A DNA stretch of 64,000 nt from Tubulanus polymorphus (GCF_964204645.1 NC_134025.1:14260001-14324000); one strand, 5' to 3'; positions 39,434 through 52,397 are shown, counted from the first letter of the stretch. Numbers and translations: made by a program. The notes: generated by a model from the sequence alone, not told the origin.

Positions 39434-41522
39434 TCAATGATTCAAATGAGTATATGGAACCATATTGCTACCCTCATTGTGAAGTACTAACAGATCACTG
39501 TATGTCCTAAAATGCCTATAACATTCAGTACAGTCCCTGCATTCCTCTCTTGATCTATTTGTATCGATGGATGGCCAAGGAAAGAAGTCTAGAGTTGGTC
39601 CAGTTTCAAACCATCTGTAATTCGTTATTTTGTCACCAATCCTTTTCATACATAGGGGATGAGGACAGCCAGCCTGAAAACAGCAGACTAGACCAAACAC
39701 GTATTTTACTTCATGATAGACTTCATGCGTCGACTGAACTTTCAATACATCATCACAATGTTTCAGCCACTTGGTTACCCTGTCGTCTTCAGAGAATGAT
39801 GTTGCAAAATTTGCCCTTCCTTGCTCAGTTAACTTCAGATATTGGAGCATGATCGGCCTTCTCTCCATGAAATCGTTATTCTTTCGGGCCTTGTAGAGTT
39901 TTATAGTGTTGTCTTTAAATAGAGTACCATTACACCGAGATATATATATATATATCTATAGCCGCATTCAGAATTGAACAGACTTTTTCCTCGTCCAATG
40001 CTCAAAACTCATCTTTATTCGAGCCAAGTGGGTTGGAGGGTATGAATAGATTAGCGTGGGCTCTGCTGAGTTGGCCATTCAGGTGCTCCACTTAATTGAG
40101 GTAGCTGCCTCCGCTATATCGTGTCGTAACAAATGTGGCCAGTTTTCCCATCTCTACGTGCCATTCAGTCCATATAAATTGCTGTTCATTGAAATCAGGA
40201 TTCTCGTCTCCACCACCATCAACACGTATTGAATCGATGAGGCGCATTTGCCCATCTGGTTTGAAAAACACATGTTTAAGCTCTGGCATTTCAGTCAACA
40301 TTCTAATGTCTTGGGCATGCTGAGAGGGACATTTCACAGTCAGACGATTCGCCTTCACAATACCAGCATAATCTTCTTTTGTGGTCTTTGAGCCTGTGAA
40401 ATGGTAACTTGTTACCTGGAGTTGTGCAGTATCTTTAGTTGTAAAGTCAGTTCTTGTGGCGATGTCTTCACTTCCTTTAACCATTAATGTTTTGAATTTG
40501 TTGGCACATGTTAACGTATTTAACCTGAAACCAGCAGCATCGTCTCTATTTATGTACATTATGTTACTGTTGTTCGTTTCTTGAAGACTATTCAATCCTC
40601 TATACAAAGCGTTGGACCATCGTTCATCTATGTTTATCTTAACATCAATCATCAACTCCTTTATATCTCTTAGACGATGGGAATCGTTTGTTTCGTGGCA
40701 TGCAAAGTTGAACTAAAGTGCCATGGCTAATCGTTTCTCCAATTTCTTTACTTATGGCTTCCCTCAATCTCGACATGAACTTGAGGAGCGCCACTTATCA
40801 GCACCAACCCCGGCATTCCTAACAATTCGCTCCAACTCTTTGCCTATATCAGGGTGTCTTTGTAAAATGACTTTAGTAGTTGTATTCACACGACGCTGCA
40901 TGCGCCTCTCCTCAGCTATTTGTCTAATTGTCTTATCAACCTTTTCTTTTTCTGCTTCAATTTTTCTCTTTTCTTCCTTATAACAGTTAGAAATTGCGGA
41001 TCCTGACCATTACCAATTTCAGTCAGATCTTCTTGGTTATCCTCCTCAGATGATGATGAATCAATTGGTAATGGTTCACCTTCTGAATCGCTAGAATCAC
41101 TATCCAATATTGTGCAATCACTCTTTTCACAATCACTGTCAGAACGTTTCTCTGCAGCCTGTTCTACCAGTCCATGATTTTAGTAGTAACTTATCCTGAG
41201 TCTCAGTCAGTTCACTGTATGCCGAGTATATCCCTTTCATTTTCTCTATATTATCAGCAACTTTCTTGTGCAGTTCTGAAGTATTCAAACCATAAATCTT
41301 CCTTGCTTGACAAGCTGATATGTTTGCAGTTGCAGCATAAGTGAGTAACTGCCGATCTTTCTCACTTGATGCAAGACAATGCAGAAGCTTCAACTTTTCT
41401 TTAGACAACAATCCTATCGCAGACCCAGACTCTGTTACCATACCAATCTTCCTTCCCAACTCAATCATACTAGCATAACATACACCTGGCATCCGCTGAA
41501 TAACATATAACTGTCTCTCCAA
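39434..41522 (-). pseudogene. Disrupted DDE transposase, Zator-like
   Basis: Collinear fragments with INRDDAAGFRL (D), RVDGGGDENP (D) and TTRYSGGSYLN*VEHLNG (E), plus a Cys-rich C-terminus (CCFQAGCPHPLC, CRDCTECYRHF). Confidence 0.7.
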
Positions 41523-41570
41523 CTCTAATCACATTTTTCTCAACCGGTCCCATTTCGAGTACGACCGTTG

Positions 41571-41625
41571 CAGGGTTCGAATTTCAGGATTTTGTCATCC
41601 ACAGCAAGTTGCTTTCAAACTTGGG
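41571..41625 (+). mobile_element. Terminal fragment of a CAGGGTTCGAATTT-TIR element (same family as 49827-50491)
   Basis: About 55 bp nearly identical to 49827-49880; fused directly to DIRS gag. Confidence 0.75.
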
Positions 41626-44600
41626 ATGCTGATTATACCCGGATACTGTTTCAGCACAGTCGGGTATTCGTTTGCCTAAGTCCGGTTTGGTGGCCATGAC
41701 GTCAATCCTGGACAAACTTACCAGGGTTGGTTCGTTTCAGGATATGGCACTTAAAGTGTTGACGGGTGAGCTTCGCGAGACTCTCGCCGCCGTTCATGCG
41801 GGCTCCGACCCAGAGTCAGTCGCCCTAAAACTGGAGGGAATGGACCGGATTATCCAATATTTGGCTCGGTCTGTTTCACATGTAATTCCATTGTCGGTTC
41901 GGGGTCAGGCTAGTCTTGTGTTAGCCTCCCGTCAGTCAGTTATGGACTCCAGTTCCAAAGCTTGTCTACTGGATATGGTGTCCAATGCTTTGCTGAGTGC
42001 TCCATTGGGGACGTCTTAACGTCTCTTCTCCGGTTGGTGCGCTCCTGTTTCCGCCAAGCTGAGGAAGATTTGGGCCCCATACCAAGTCCAACATCCGAAC
42101 TCCGTGGAAAAAGCGTTCTGGTCCGACGCCGGCAGCGCAAGGTTCAGCACGGACGCAAACAGGACCAACTCAAACTTCAGCGCTTTCTCAGGCGGCTACG
42201 GATGCCGGTTGGAGAACTAGCGCGCAACTTCAACAATCGTGTCAAGCCTCGTCCAGTCGTAACAGTTCCGGTTCGTATCGACGCATGGGGAAGGCCCCAA
42301 AAAGGGGCTCTTCCTTTCGGAAAAACTCGAAATGAATTCTCGGGACCAGTGGGAGGTTGTCTGCAGCAGGCAGTTACCCACTGGTCCGACCTCTTCGGAG
42401 ACGGTTGGCCCTCCCGGGTCGTCTCTCGTGGCTACCGTCTACGTTTCCTAAGGCGACCGCGCTTGACGAGGTCACCTCCCGACATGCGGCCAAAACCAGG
42501 TCAGGAGGCTTTAATCTCTCCGGCTTTCAAGGAATTGGCCGAGAAGGGAGCAACAGAACCAGTTTGAAACGAAACTTCTCCCGGCTGGTTTTCTCGAATA
42601 TTCATGGTACCAAAGGCCACAGGGGGCCAAAACCAGGTCAGGAGGCTTTAATCTCTCCGGCTTTCAAGGAATTGGCCGAGAAGGGAGCGACAGAACCAGT
42701 TTGAAACGAAACTTCTCCCGGCTGGTTTTCTCGAATATTCATGGTACCAAAGGCCACAGGGGGTCAACGGATGGTGATAGATCTGTCATCCCTCAATCGG
42801 CATCTAGACATCCAAGGTTCCGGATGACTAAACCCAAGGACGTGATTCAGGGGCTCCGTCCGGGTCAATGGGCGGCTTCATTGGACCTGAAAGATGCTTA
42901 CTTTCAGGTTTCAATTCACCCAAAATCTCGGCGATTTATCAGGATAAAGTGGAAAGGCCGCCAGTTCCAATTCAGGTCTCTTCCATTTGGCTTCAGTACG
43001 GCCCCGTGGGTTTTCACCAAGTTGGTCAAATCAATTCAGAAGGTACTTCAGTCAAGGAGTGTTCGACTGTTCGTTTTCCTCGACGACTGGTTAAGAGTCG
43101 CGAACTCGGCTTTAGAATGTCGGGAGGCAATGACCTGAGTCTTGGACTTAGTCCATCAGCTAGGGTTTCGCGTAAACAGGGAAAAATCTCAGTTGACGCC
43201 GGCCCAACAGTTCACTTATCTCGGCATGGACTTCGATCTCCAAATCGTCAAAGTCTTTCCGTCTATGGCTCGGATAGCCAAACTTCAAGAAGCTGTAGCG
43301 GGAGTGTCCACAACCCCGAGAACAGCTCGTTACTGGTCACGGCTTCTAGGCTCCATCAGCTCCATGGGTCTGGTGGTGCCCTTAGGCCGCCTCAGAAGTA
43401 GGCTCTTGCAACAATATTGGAAGGCCTTCTGGTCTCAGTCGAAGGGCAACTGGGAGACCTTGATTCCCGTACCTCCAACCGATCTAAGTCCGGATCTTCA
43501 TTGGTGGGCGACGACTACGAATCTTCGGCACAGGGTGTCACTAGCCCCGTTAGAGGCTCCAGTTCGTGTATTCACGGATGCCAGTCACCAAGGATGGGGG
43601 GCACATCTGGAGAACCGAGTCAAAGCCGGGAGATGGTCTCGCTACGAGGCCACTAACCACATAAAAATCCTGGAAATGCTGGCCGTGTGGGAGGCCCTGA
43701 AGTTCTTTCACAGGAGAGTGGAGGGCCACCACGTTTGGTTAGCCACAGACAATTCAACAGTGTGGGCTTACCTTCAGAATCAAGGGGGCACTCACTCAGA
43801 AATCCTCACGGATCTGTCGGCCAAAATTCTTCTTTGGTGCCAGACAAAGGGCGTGTCCCTGACTGTGGCACATTTAGCAGGGAAAAGGAACGTGATGGCC
43901 GATGCTCTTTCTCGTCGAGGTCAGGCTATTGCGACAGAATGGGTTCTCCACCAAGAAGTAGCCGATCGGGTTCAAGACATGTTTGGCAATCCGCTGCTGG
44001 ATCTGTTTGCCACCCGGTTCAATCGGAGGTGTCCTCTGTTTCACCGTTTTTAGACGTGGAAGCGTGGGGGTCGATGCCTTTTCTCTGGACTGGTCGGGGA
44101 TGCATGCGTATGTGTTCCCGCCCACACCAGTCCTCCCGCGCTTGCTGGATCAAATAGAGAGATCCGTCAATTGCACATAGTTCTGGTAGCACCATGTTGG
44201 CCGGCTCAGAAATGGTTCCTACCACTTCTCAACCTACTGTGCGACAACCCCAGGATTCTTCCGAATTTCCCAATGCTTCTGCCTCAGGGGAACTTTCGGC
44301 ATCATCCAAACAGCCAGTGGTTAAATCTGCTCGCCTGACCATTGTCCAGCGATCCTTGTCAGCTTCTGGCTTTTCAGAACAGGCTGCCTCCTTTATCGAG
44401 GATCAAAGCGGCCATCAACATGTACCATTTACGATGCCAAATGGGGTCATTTTGCGGATTCGTGTGCTGCAGGGGAAATTGATCCATGCTCACCCTCTGT
44501 AGCTCAATTGGCAGATTTTTTACTGCACCTATTTGTAGTAAAAGGTTTGCAGGTTATAACTATTAAAGGTTACCGCTCCGCGATTTCTCATACATTGCGT

Positions 44601-45958
44601 GCTTCTGGATGGCCAAATGTAACAGGCGATCATCGGATATCCCAGGGTTTTCTATTTCCCAGCCTCGGGTATCGAGGATAGTTCCACCATGGGATCTGTC
44701 TGTAATTTTGAAGAAATTGATGGAGGCTCCATTTGAACCTCTTGCCGCAGCATCATTTGCGAATTTGTCAAAAAAGACTATTTTTGCTGTTCATGGCTTG
44801 CTCGGCCCGTAAATGCTTTGAGATTCATGCGCTTTCAGTGCGACAAGGTCATATTGTCTTCGGGCCAGCGAAGGAATTTGTTTCGCTGCGGCCTGCTTTG
44901 GAGTTTTTGGCAAAGAACTAACGACCAGGCTCGGTTGGTCGTCAATGGCGAATTGAAGCCCTAAAACATCGAGTGGAACCGGGTCTTCCGGACAGGACAT
45001 TATGTCCTGTGCGGGCGTTGTGTTTCTGTTTAGATCGCTCTTCTCCACGAAGGGGTTCGTGGGAGCGGTTATTTATTCCGATGCTGGATCACCTGAAGGG
45101 TGATATTTCTCGGGAGATAGTGGCCTGATGGGTCTCTTCACTGATCCAGGACATTTTATTGAAGGAGAATCTTTCCTCGGAGGGAGTGGTTTCTCATCAA
45201 GTGAGGTCTATGGCTACTTCTTGCGCAGCCTTTTCAGGTGCTCCGTTGGAGGAAGTCTGTCGGGCCGCCTTTTGGAATTCTCCATCGACATTCACGTCAT
45301 TTTATTTATGGGATGTTTCAGGCCAGTTAGGCTCATTAGCTTCACTCGGTCCTGTTGTTATGGCTCAAGGTGTCCGTTCTTTCTGATCGGACCCTTTAGC
45401 GTAGAATATTTATGTTGCATTATCAGGATCACAGGGGGTGTATCCATATACATAGTTTGGGCTCATATCCGCAAGTATTAATTTCGCAAAATTCGGGGGG
45501 GCCCTGAACCGGTCTTCCCTGTGCTACAGTGCTCCATTCCGTGCTTGGGTAAGTGCTCTCTTTTTTCCCTCTTACCTTGCGTTTGAGCGGTGGTTTTTCT
45601 ATCTACCTTTCCCACCATCCTTGTGCTAGGGTAGTCTAGCAAAAACCATAGGAAAGGGTAAAGGACTCGACGGAAATATTACAATTTTTGGAACTAAAAT
45701 TTGTATATCCGAGTAGTACTTACCCTTTCCTATGGTGGGAATCCCGCCCACCTGCCCCGCATAGCTGCTTTTTTTGGGTCTGCTATGACGTAAAAAGATG
45801 GCGGATTTCTCCGGTGGCTAAATGCAATACCGCAGGGCCGGGTCATATAGAAAAACCATTGGCGATCAATCCAAATTTAGAAAATATTGGCAAAAACCAT
45901 AGGAAAGGGTAAGTACTACTCGGAAATACAAATTTTAGTTCCAAAAATTGTAATTTTT
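41626..45958 (+). mobile_element. DIRS1-like tyrosine recombinase retrotransposon, 5'-truncated and decayed
   Basis: RT (LDLKDAYF, LPFGFSTAP, FLDDW), RNase H (FTDAS, LEMLAV, TDNS, ADALSR), MT-like domain (DLFA..N, DAF..DW...AYVFPP) and overlapping YR (VPPWDL, SARK.EIHAL, HQVRSMATS, W.SPSTF..FY). ICR at 45639-45736; right ITR at 45890-45958 ending TTT. Confidence 0.93.
42488..42761 (+). repeat. 137-bp tandem duplication inside the DIRS pol
   Basis: GGCCAAAACCAGGTCAGG at 42488 and 42625; one substitution seen between copies. Confidence 0.92.
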
Positions 45959-47783
45959 AAGTCGAGCTTGTGTTCCTCGCATGTCTTTCGTTCGATTGAT
46001 ATAATGTCCCTGAATCAGCATATTCAACATGTGATAACCTGAAAAATAAATTTGTTTATTATTGAAAATATCATAAGGTTTGTTATCTTAAAATATTGTA
46101 TAATTTCGAGGCTTACCGGCGTCAGCGTCATTAACATACTTATTATATACCAGCCCTCTCGCAAGCTGAAAAGTAGAATAAAATACCAATAACTTAAGAT
46201 ATGGAGATCATAGTGGATCCTTAATATATCCATATATTGAGCTCAAATATAATCTACCGAGAAGAAAAACCTGATGGGTGATATAACATCCATTGCATTA
46301 TGTTAATAATCTTTGACATAAGATAGAAAAACACAATCCTACCTTCTGAACTAGGCTAATCTAGACAAATGTATGCTTTTTGCAGAAAAATTAGTTCTTC
46401 AAAAGAGCTTCCAACTAATCCCACATGCCTCTTGTCAGGCAGTTCCACACTGTAAGGACGACTGTTTGGTTGAGACATAGGCCTACTGGTACTGAAATGA
46501 AAAATTGATTAATGTTTGATCAGATAGTTAATAAAACATTCCAGATGTCGACGAAATATCACTTATGTAGTTCCTACTTTCACTGATTGATGGATATAAC
46601 TTAACTGATCGAAATGGTAAGATCTCCTGTCGTGGAGGTGAGAAATCTGTTTCTTTTCTGGTGAAAGGAGTGAGCAGAAATTGTTCTGAGAAACAGGAGT
46701 AGGCTTTTCATGTCATGTGCGGACACTCTGATAGATAAAATAGCCATCAGAGATTGTAAATAGCCCGCATTGATAGGCCTAGGCCTACTTCAACTTAAGA
46801 AAATTAATTAAATCAAACCAAATTTAGATTTGTGGCCCGAGGACTCAGAAAAAACAGCAAAAATAAGGGAAATTAGACGGAATTCCGTATTTACTTCCTA
46901 CTCCACACAACCTTGATAACGTCAACGAAGTTCACGGAATTGCGCAACTCTTTCATCTGCCTTTTTTCCAGCCGAAATGCTTATATACTGATTCAACAAA
47001 CACGTATAGTGTGCATTAAAGATTATTACAATTATCGCTTTTTATTTTTTGGGAGTTTTTATCATCTCATAATAACTTACTTTGATGAAGAATCCTGCTG
47101 CTGTAGCATCGCCGAGTTCGAGGTGCGCGTCGCCATATTTCCGGTTAAGAAAACACCGTAGCTATCATCTGCAGAACGTTTCTCTGTCTCAGACCGCAGA
47201 ACAATCTTTATTATTTGAATTTATTAAATGATGTTTCAGAAATTTCAATATGACAGACATCGGAAATCATAACGACACGCAAAGACGTCTTACCGATTTA
47301 CTCTTTGACACGAATTGGCTTAAATTGAAAAGTTGGTCGTCATGACAATGATCTTTTCTAGAGATTACTTTCGTCATGGATATGACGTCGAATAGGCGTC
47401 GATGTCTGACAGGGGGGGTACAGGATTGTCATTGACCGCTGCATTGGTATGAACAGGCACTTTGCACCAAGGGTCAGTACCGTAGCAGTCTTAAATCCCT
47501 TGCTTTGTGCTGGGAAAGTCAGTGGGAGTCTTAAAATTTGAAAGGTTGGCAGACAATATTACTTAAAACAGTTATACGGAAAGTATCGCCGAGTTGTATG
47601 GCAGTGTGGCATGCGTTTATTCATTTACTGTAGATGTATTGCATAGCAACAGTCGGTGTCTTGCCATATCGGTGTGTATACTACGCGTGACAAGGCGCGC
47701 TGGCAGATCACTAGTGTCTCACACAGCTTACGTTACAGTGACAGCATATGTTCCTATTACCGCGCGTATTATGAATACGCGCG

Positions 47784-49010
47784 TTTTTTAGCCCACTTGG
47801 AACTTTAGTCCCAGCAGGCTATTGCGTTCGTCCGTTCGTCCGTGCGTAGACGGAATCCAGTTATTCTGGGAAGTTTTGAAGACGCTTCAATGTAATGTCT
47901 TGATATTTGGGTTACACATGTATCTCCCCTAGACACATCTTCAGCCCAAAAACTGCAGCCATTGTTGTTCGCAAAAAACAACACTTTTTACACATTTTTG
48001 AACTTTTTGAGGGAAATTTTGAAGACGCTTTGATCAATTACCTTGATCTTTCGGATGTATGTGAATCCCCCCAGGGCCCATCAGCATAACAAAAATTGGG
48101 TCGATCGGACTCATGATGACCGTCCTATGACCTTTTTTAGTGCCCAAAAATGTCAATTTTGGCCCGAATTCTGAGTCCTGTAGCTCCCTACTGGTTAGCC
48201 AATTGTCATTGCAATTTGTGATGGGTATTCTTTGAAAAGGGATCTTTTATACCTGAGACAGGTATTTTTGATCAGCCAATTATGACGCGATTGGCGGCCA
48301 TCTTGGTGTCATCAGTACTCATTCGTAGGTGGGAAAAAGTTTTTCCACAATATATTGATACCTAAGCGTATTTTGTCACCACAATCAATTAGAAACTTGT
48401 AGCTCATAACGTGTTCTGTGATTGTGGTGAGTTTCAAGATCAATGGTTTTTGTATATGGCCTCCAGGGGGCGTTGAATAATACAATATCTTAGTATTTCT
48501 GTATTATATTCGTATCAATGCATATTTTGTAACCACAATCAATTGCAAAGTTGTAGCTCATGACATCATCTATGATTGTGGCAAGTTTTAAGGCCATTAG
48601 TTATTCTATATGGTCACCAGGGGTGCTGAATAGTAGAATAACTTAGTATTTCCTTATTATATTGGTACCTAGGCATATTTTGTTACCATGATCAATTACA
48701 AAGTTATAGTTCGTGACATGTTCTATCATTGTGGTGAGTTTCAAGGTCAGTGGGTTTTGAATATGGTCACCAGGGGTGGTTGAATAGTAGAATAACATAG
48801 TATTTCCATATTTAATTGGTAACGAGCCATATTTTGTTATCACAATCAATTACAAAATCGTAGCTGCTGACATGTTCTATGATTGTGGTGAGTTTTAAGG
48901 TCATTGGTTTTTGTATATGGTCACCAGGGGGCGTTGAATATTGAAATTGTTGCATTGTTAAGCATTTGGAACCACTTCCCAAGTGGGCATGGTGTCCCTG
49001 GACCCTTAGT
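47784..49010 (+). mobile_element. HINE-like family A, third near-full-length copy (small 5' deletions)
   Basis: Same termini (TTTTAGCCCACTTGG...CCCAAGTGGGCATGGTGTCCCTGGACCCTTAGT) and same internal repeats. Confidence 0.85.
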
Positions 49011-49289
49011 CATACAGTGAAATAAGTTTTTTGAAGAAAGTTATCTTTATCATAGATTCTCATTGAATTTGTTGTATTGAAAAGTCTTTGAACGTGATAC
49101 ACACTGGTCTATAGATCTTTTTGTACTATAAGCGGCCATGGCATATCTCACTCTAAAGTATAAGGTAAAACAAATCGATCTGACATGTTTGTTCCTGCCT
49201 ACCACTGTCTGAGGTTCCAGTTTCCCAGGGCAATAGGTGAGCAGATCTGCATAATTGAAAGAGTAGTTGAATGGACGATGTAATATGTT

Positions 49290-49820
49290 TTCAATAATAT
49301 TATTTTAAAAAACTGGACGTCGAGAGCACAGGATCTTTGGTCCTCTAGTTGTTGAAAAGTGGATAGATAAGACGATTGCAATAGGATTTCGGAATTGGGA
49401 TATGGGGTTTTTTGCGGAATTAGGAGAGTTTAGGCTAACATAAGAATGGCAGCCTCGCTTGTACCCCTTTATATCTACAGCATGCTCGCACAATGGATGG
49501 TGGTAATATTATACTATGACAGACTTATACCAGCAGCAGTTGCCAGGCAAACTAAACCAGGGTTTCAGTGGAAGGAAATAGTATTGCCCATATTGAATTT
49601 TGCATGTCTTCAATTGTTTCATTTATCATTAGGCTCCTATGGCATTTCTAAAATAAAGTTTCCTCTTTGGCATCCTATCTTATCCTTGACCGCTAATTGT
49701 TTTAGTGCCACTTTTTCACAGAATTCGCAGATTTCATGCCAGTATATACTTTAGTATATTGTTCAAGCCCCATTCTTTTGTTATAGGATGCCATAAGGAT
49801 TGAAGATCATAAGCTTCCTT
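49290..49820 (-). pseudogene. Very decayed Kolobok/Mutator-like transposase remnant
   Basis: Minus strand reads YFRNAI, ETIEDMQNSIWAILF and (C)CWYK across frames, resembling the YYGxAIR..MxxAIWA..WCxY block of this family. Confidence 0.4.
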
Positions 49821-49826
49821 GGAGTG

Positions 49827-50491
49827 CAGGGTTCGAATTTCAGAATTTGTCATCCACAGCAAGTTACTTTCAGACTTGCTGTGGAAGGGGGAAGCGATCC
49901 ACAGCAAGTCTAGCTCTCACCACAGCAAGTTCCTATCTTGAAAACAATAACCAGTTAATTATGTATTCCATGAAAATTAAAAACTAAATGGGAGTCAATG
50001 TTATTTTGTTACTCGACTTAAACATTTAAATGTATATCAAATCAATCTATAATTTCTGGAAGAAAGAATATGGCACTGTGCATAACTATTAAATTGATCG
50101 TAACTACTGAAGGAATGAATATTAAGCCTACATGTATTGGAGGTTTTAAAATTCAGATAAAAATTCATGTTAATAGCAGTGGTTTTTGTTAGGTGGCAGC
50201 GCTGAAATAGTTGTTGGTGCTGGGTACAAGAATTTTGCAAGGTGGCAATACCGTACGGTATACAGTTTAGGTATCAGCCGCTGTAACTTTGGATTTCATG
50301 TCAAACTTTTCAGAATTTTTACAGAATTTTGATTACAAAATCTGGTGTCAGTGATTGAAATTGTCAACGGCATTTAAAAGAAATTTAATAGACGGCATTT
50401 TGAAGCCGTCGGTACAAAAATACATCAACGGTTATTTACTAATACATTGTCGGCAAAAGCCGTTGATTACCATTGTCAAATTCGAACCCTG
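49827..50491. mobile_element. Non-autonomous TIR element (CAGGGTTCGAATTT termini, hAT-like)
   Basis: CAGGGTTCGAATTT at 49827 and AAATTCGAACCCTG ending at 50491; CCACAGCAAGT subterminal repeats; no clean TSD. Confidence 0.65.
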
Positions 50492-52187
50492 GGGGTATTA
50501 CTGTGCCTATCCACAGTAAATGTGTAACGAGTAGCTTCAACAGAATGCTTCCTTAAGACGAGAGCCATTGTAGGTTCCATGCTGCCTGATTGGCCATTAG
50601 AATTTTTGTTGCAATTTTGATTATGCGATCCTTGCAAATCTTTCTTCTCATAACCTTGTTTTCTGTCATTTGGTTGTCTATAACCTTCCGCTGGAAACTG
50701 TACTTTTACTTTTTGTATGTCAATGTTTTAATCGAAGCCAGTCAGGCAATCAATGACAAAACTAAGCCTATCTTACTAATTTATGCATAGTTTGAAGAGA
50801 ACTAAGTGTTTTGGTCATTTATTGCTTCCCCAATGAACATGGAAATATCATTGTACACATATATTTTGTGGTGAATACAAGCAAATATATATTCAAAATT
50901 GTTTGTTCAATAGCGTACATCCAATACCAATTTCTTTTGCAGGTAGAACTACACGCCTGTTTATTTCAAATGGCATCTACAGTGGGCGCTATCCATTTGT
51001 GTCAGTTCTGTGACCACAGAGGTTAGGTCGGACAACATCTTGATGTCCTCCATTCTGATAACTCCTTTATCACGAGAATATAGAGATTGATGGGTTTATT
51101 AATTCCCTCATCCTTGAATCCAACGTTTTGCCATCCAGCTCATCCTGTAATAACATCCTCACAATGAGTAGCTTGGGAATTTGCCTGCAGGTTGTGTCAG
51201 GCTCCAAGACTAGTCTCTGACTCAACATGTCGAACTTTATCAGTATTTTGAAAAATATTCCAGTAGTCCCCATTTTCAAACCAGAAGACGTTCTAAAATC
51301 CGTATTGAGGTCTTAAAAATCAGTATAAGGGGTCATTCATTTATTCAGGGATGAAAAACGGGCAATTCCAAAAGGTCGGAAAAAGAAACTAATTCTCGCG
51401 ACGACAGCAATGACGGGCAGCAATGATTCTTCAGAAAATTCTATGAAATTTTACCATCAGTTGACAGTCATGTTTCAGCACACAACTAATTATAAAACAA
51501 ACAGTTATCACAGGTGTCAAGTTGACAGATGTCTAAATGATTGTGGGAGTAATAATAAATTAATGGTGAATTAAAACAAAAGCACAATTAAAAGTATACA
51601 TGTATATTATTTTTGCTACATTAGTACGAAGTGAAGTAGAATAGAAGGAATGATTGAATGCCTGAATCGATTGGAATACCTGGAACTACATAGGGCCTTT
51701 AAATAAAAGCATGCATCCTCGAAAAATGACTATTGACTGCTGCAACTGTTTTAATACCAATACACCACTTTCAATGTCCACATTGGACAATACAATGTTC
51801 ACTTTTGTTATAAACGTCAAAGTATTTACTGTGATTCAGATTTAAAGTAAAAACATCATGTTAACCCATTAGCACTCAAGCCGCCTCTATCTGCCCTGCC
51901 TATCACTGCTCAAGCCGCTCTAATCTGCCCCAGCACTTTTTTCGTATGCGACACAAAAACGGTTATTTACAAACTCTTTGTCTGCTACAAACTCACCACA
52001 CATTTATGGGGTTTGATTTTGCTTAATGATTGTGTCTGAGTTAATTGGTTGTTCTGAAGGACCTTGGTTATCAAAATATCAGGTTGTCAAGCATTTTTTC
52101 AAATTGGCATGGTGTCCCTTGCCTCCAAGTCCCATGATATTATTCTTTTCACTCTGTCACTGACATTTATTTTCATGATTATGATAG

Positions 52188-52397
52188 GAGTCCGGATATG
52201 TAACTGAAGTTCATCATATCAATGGAGATGGAGAGGATGCAGGTGTTGTTTATTGTGAAATGCAAGCACGGGAAAACGAAGGGGAGAGTATTGTCTACTT
52301 AAACATGCTGCGGGAAATGTATCCAGGTGATTGCGGATATAAATCAGAAACAGGTGGCATCATGCAAAATCTGCGAGGAAGCACTAGCCATGCAAAG
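52188..52397 (+). CDS. Third visible exon of the M16 peptidase
   Basis: gatag|GAG TCC...GCA AAG|gtaaca; 210 bp, ESGYVTEVHHINGDGEDAGVVYCEMQARENEGESIVYLNMLREMYPGDCGYKSETGGIMQNLRGSTSHAK. GVVYCEM matches the GVVxxEM motif of PreP-type M16C enzymes. Confidence 0.93.

Larger units (their letters stand above)
37537..47443 (-). mobile_element. 9.9 kb TIR DNA transposon with Zator-like DDE transposase and nested insertions; 3-bp TSD TTG
   Basis: About 50-bp imperfect TIR TGCAGCGGTCAATGACAATCCTGTACCCCCC..GTCAG.ACATCGAC at 37537 and inverted, ending at 47443; TTG on both outer flanks. Confidence 0.8.

Noticed and set aside
49819-50499. 8-bp TSD for the CAGGGTTCGAATTT element
   Set aside because: Flanks TTGGAGTG and GGGGTATT do not match, so the hAT assignment stays tentative.
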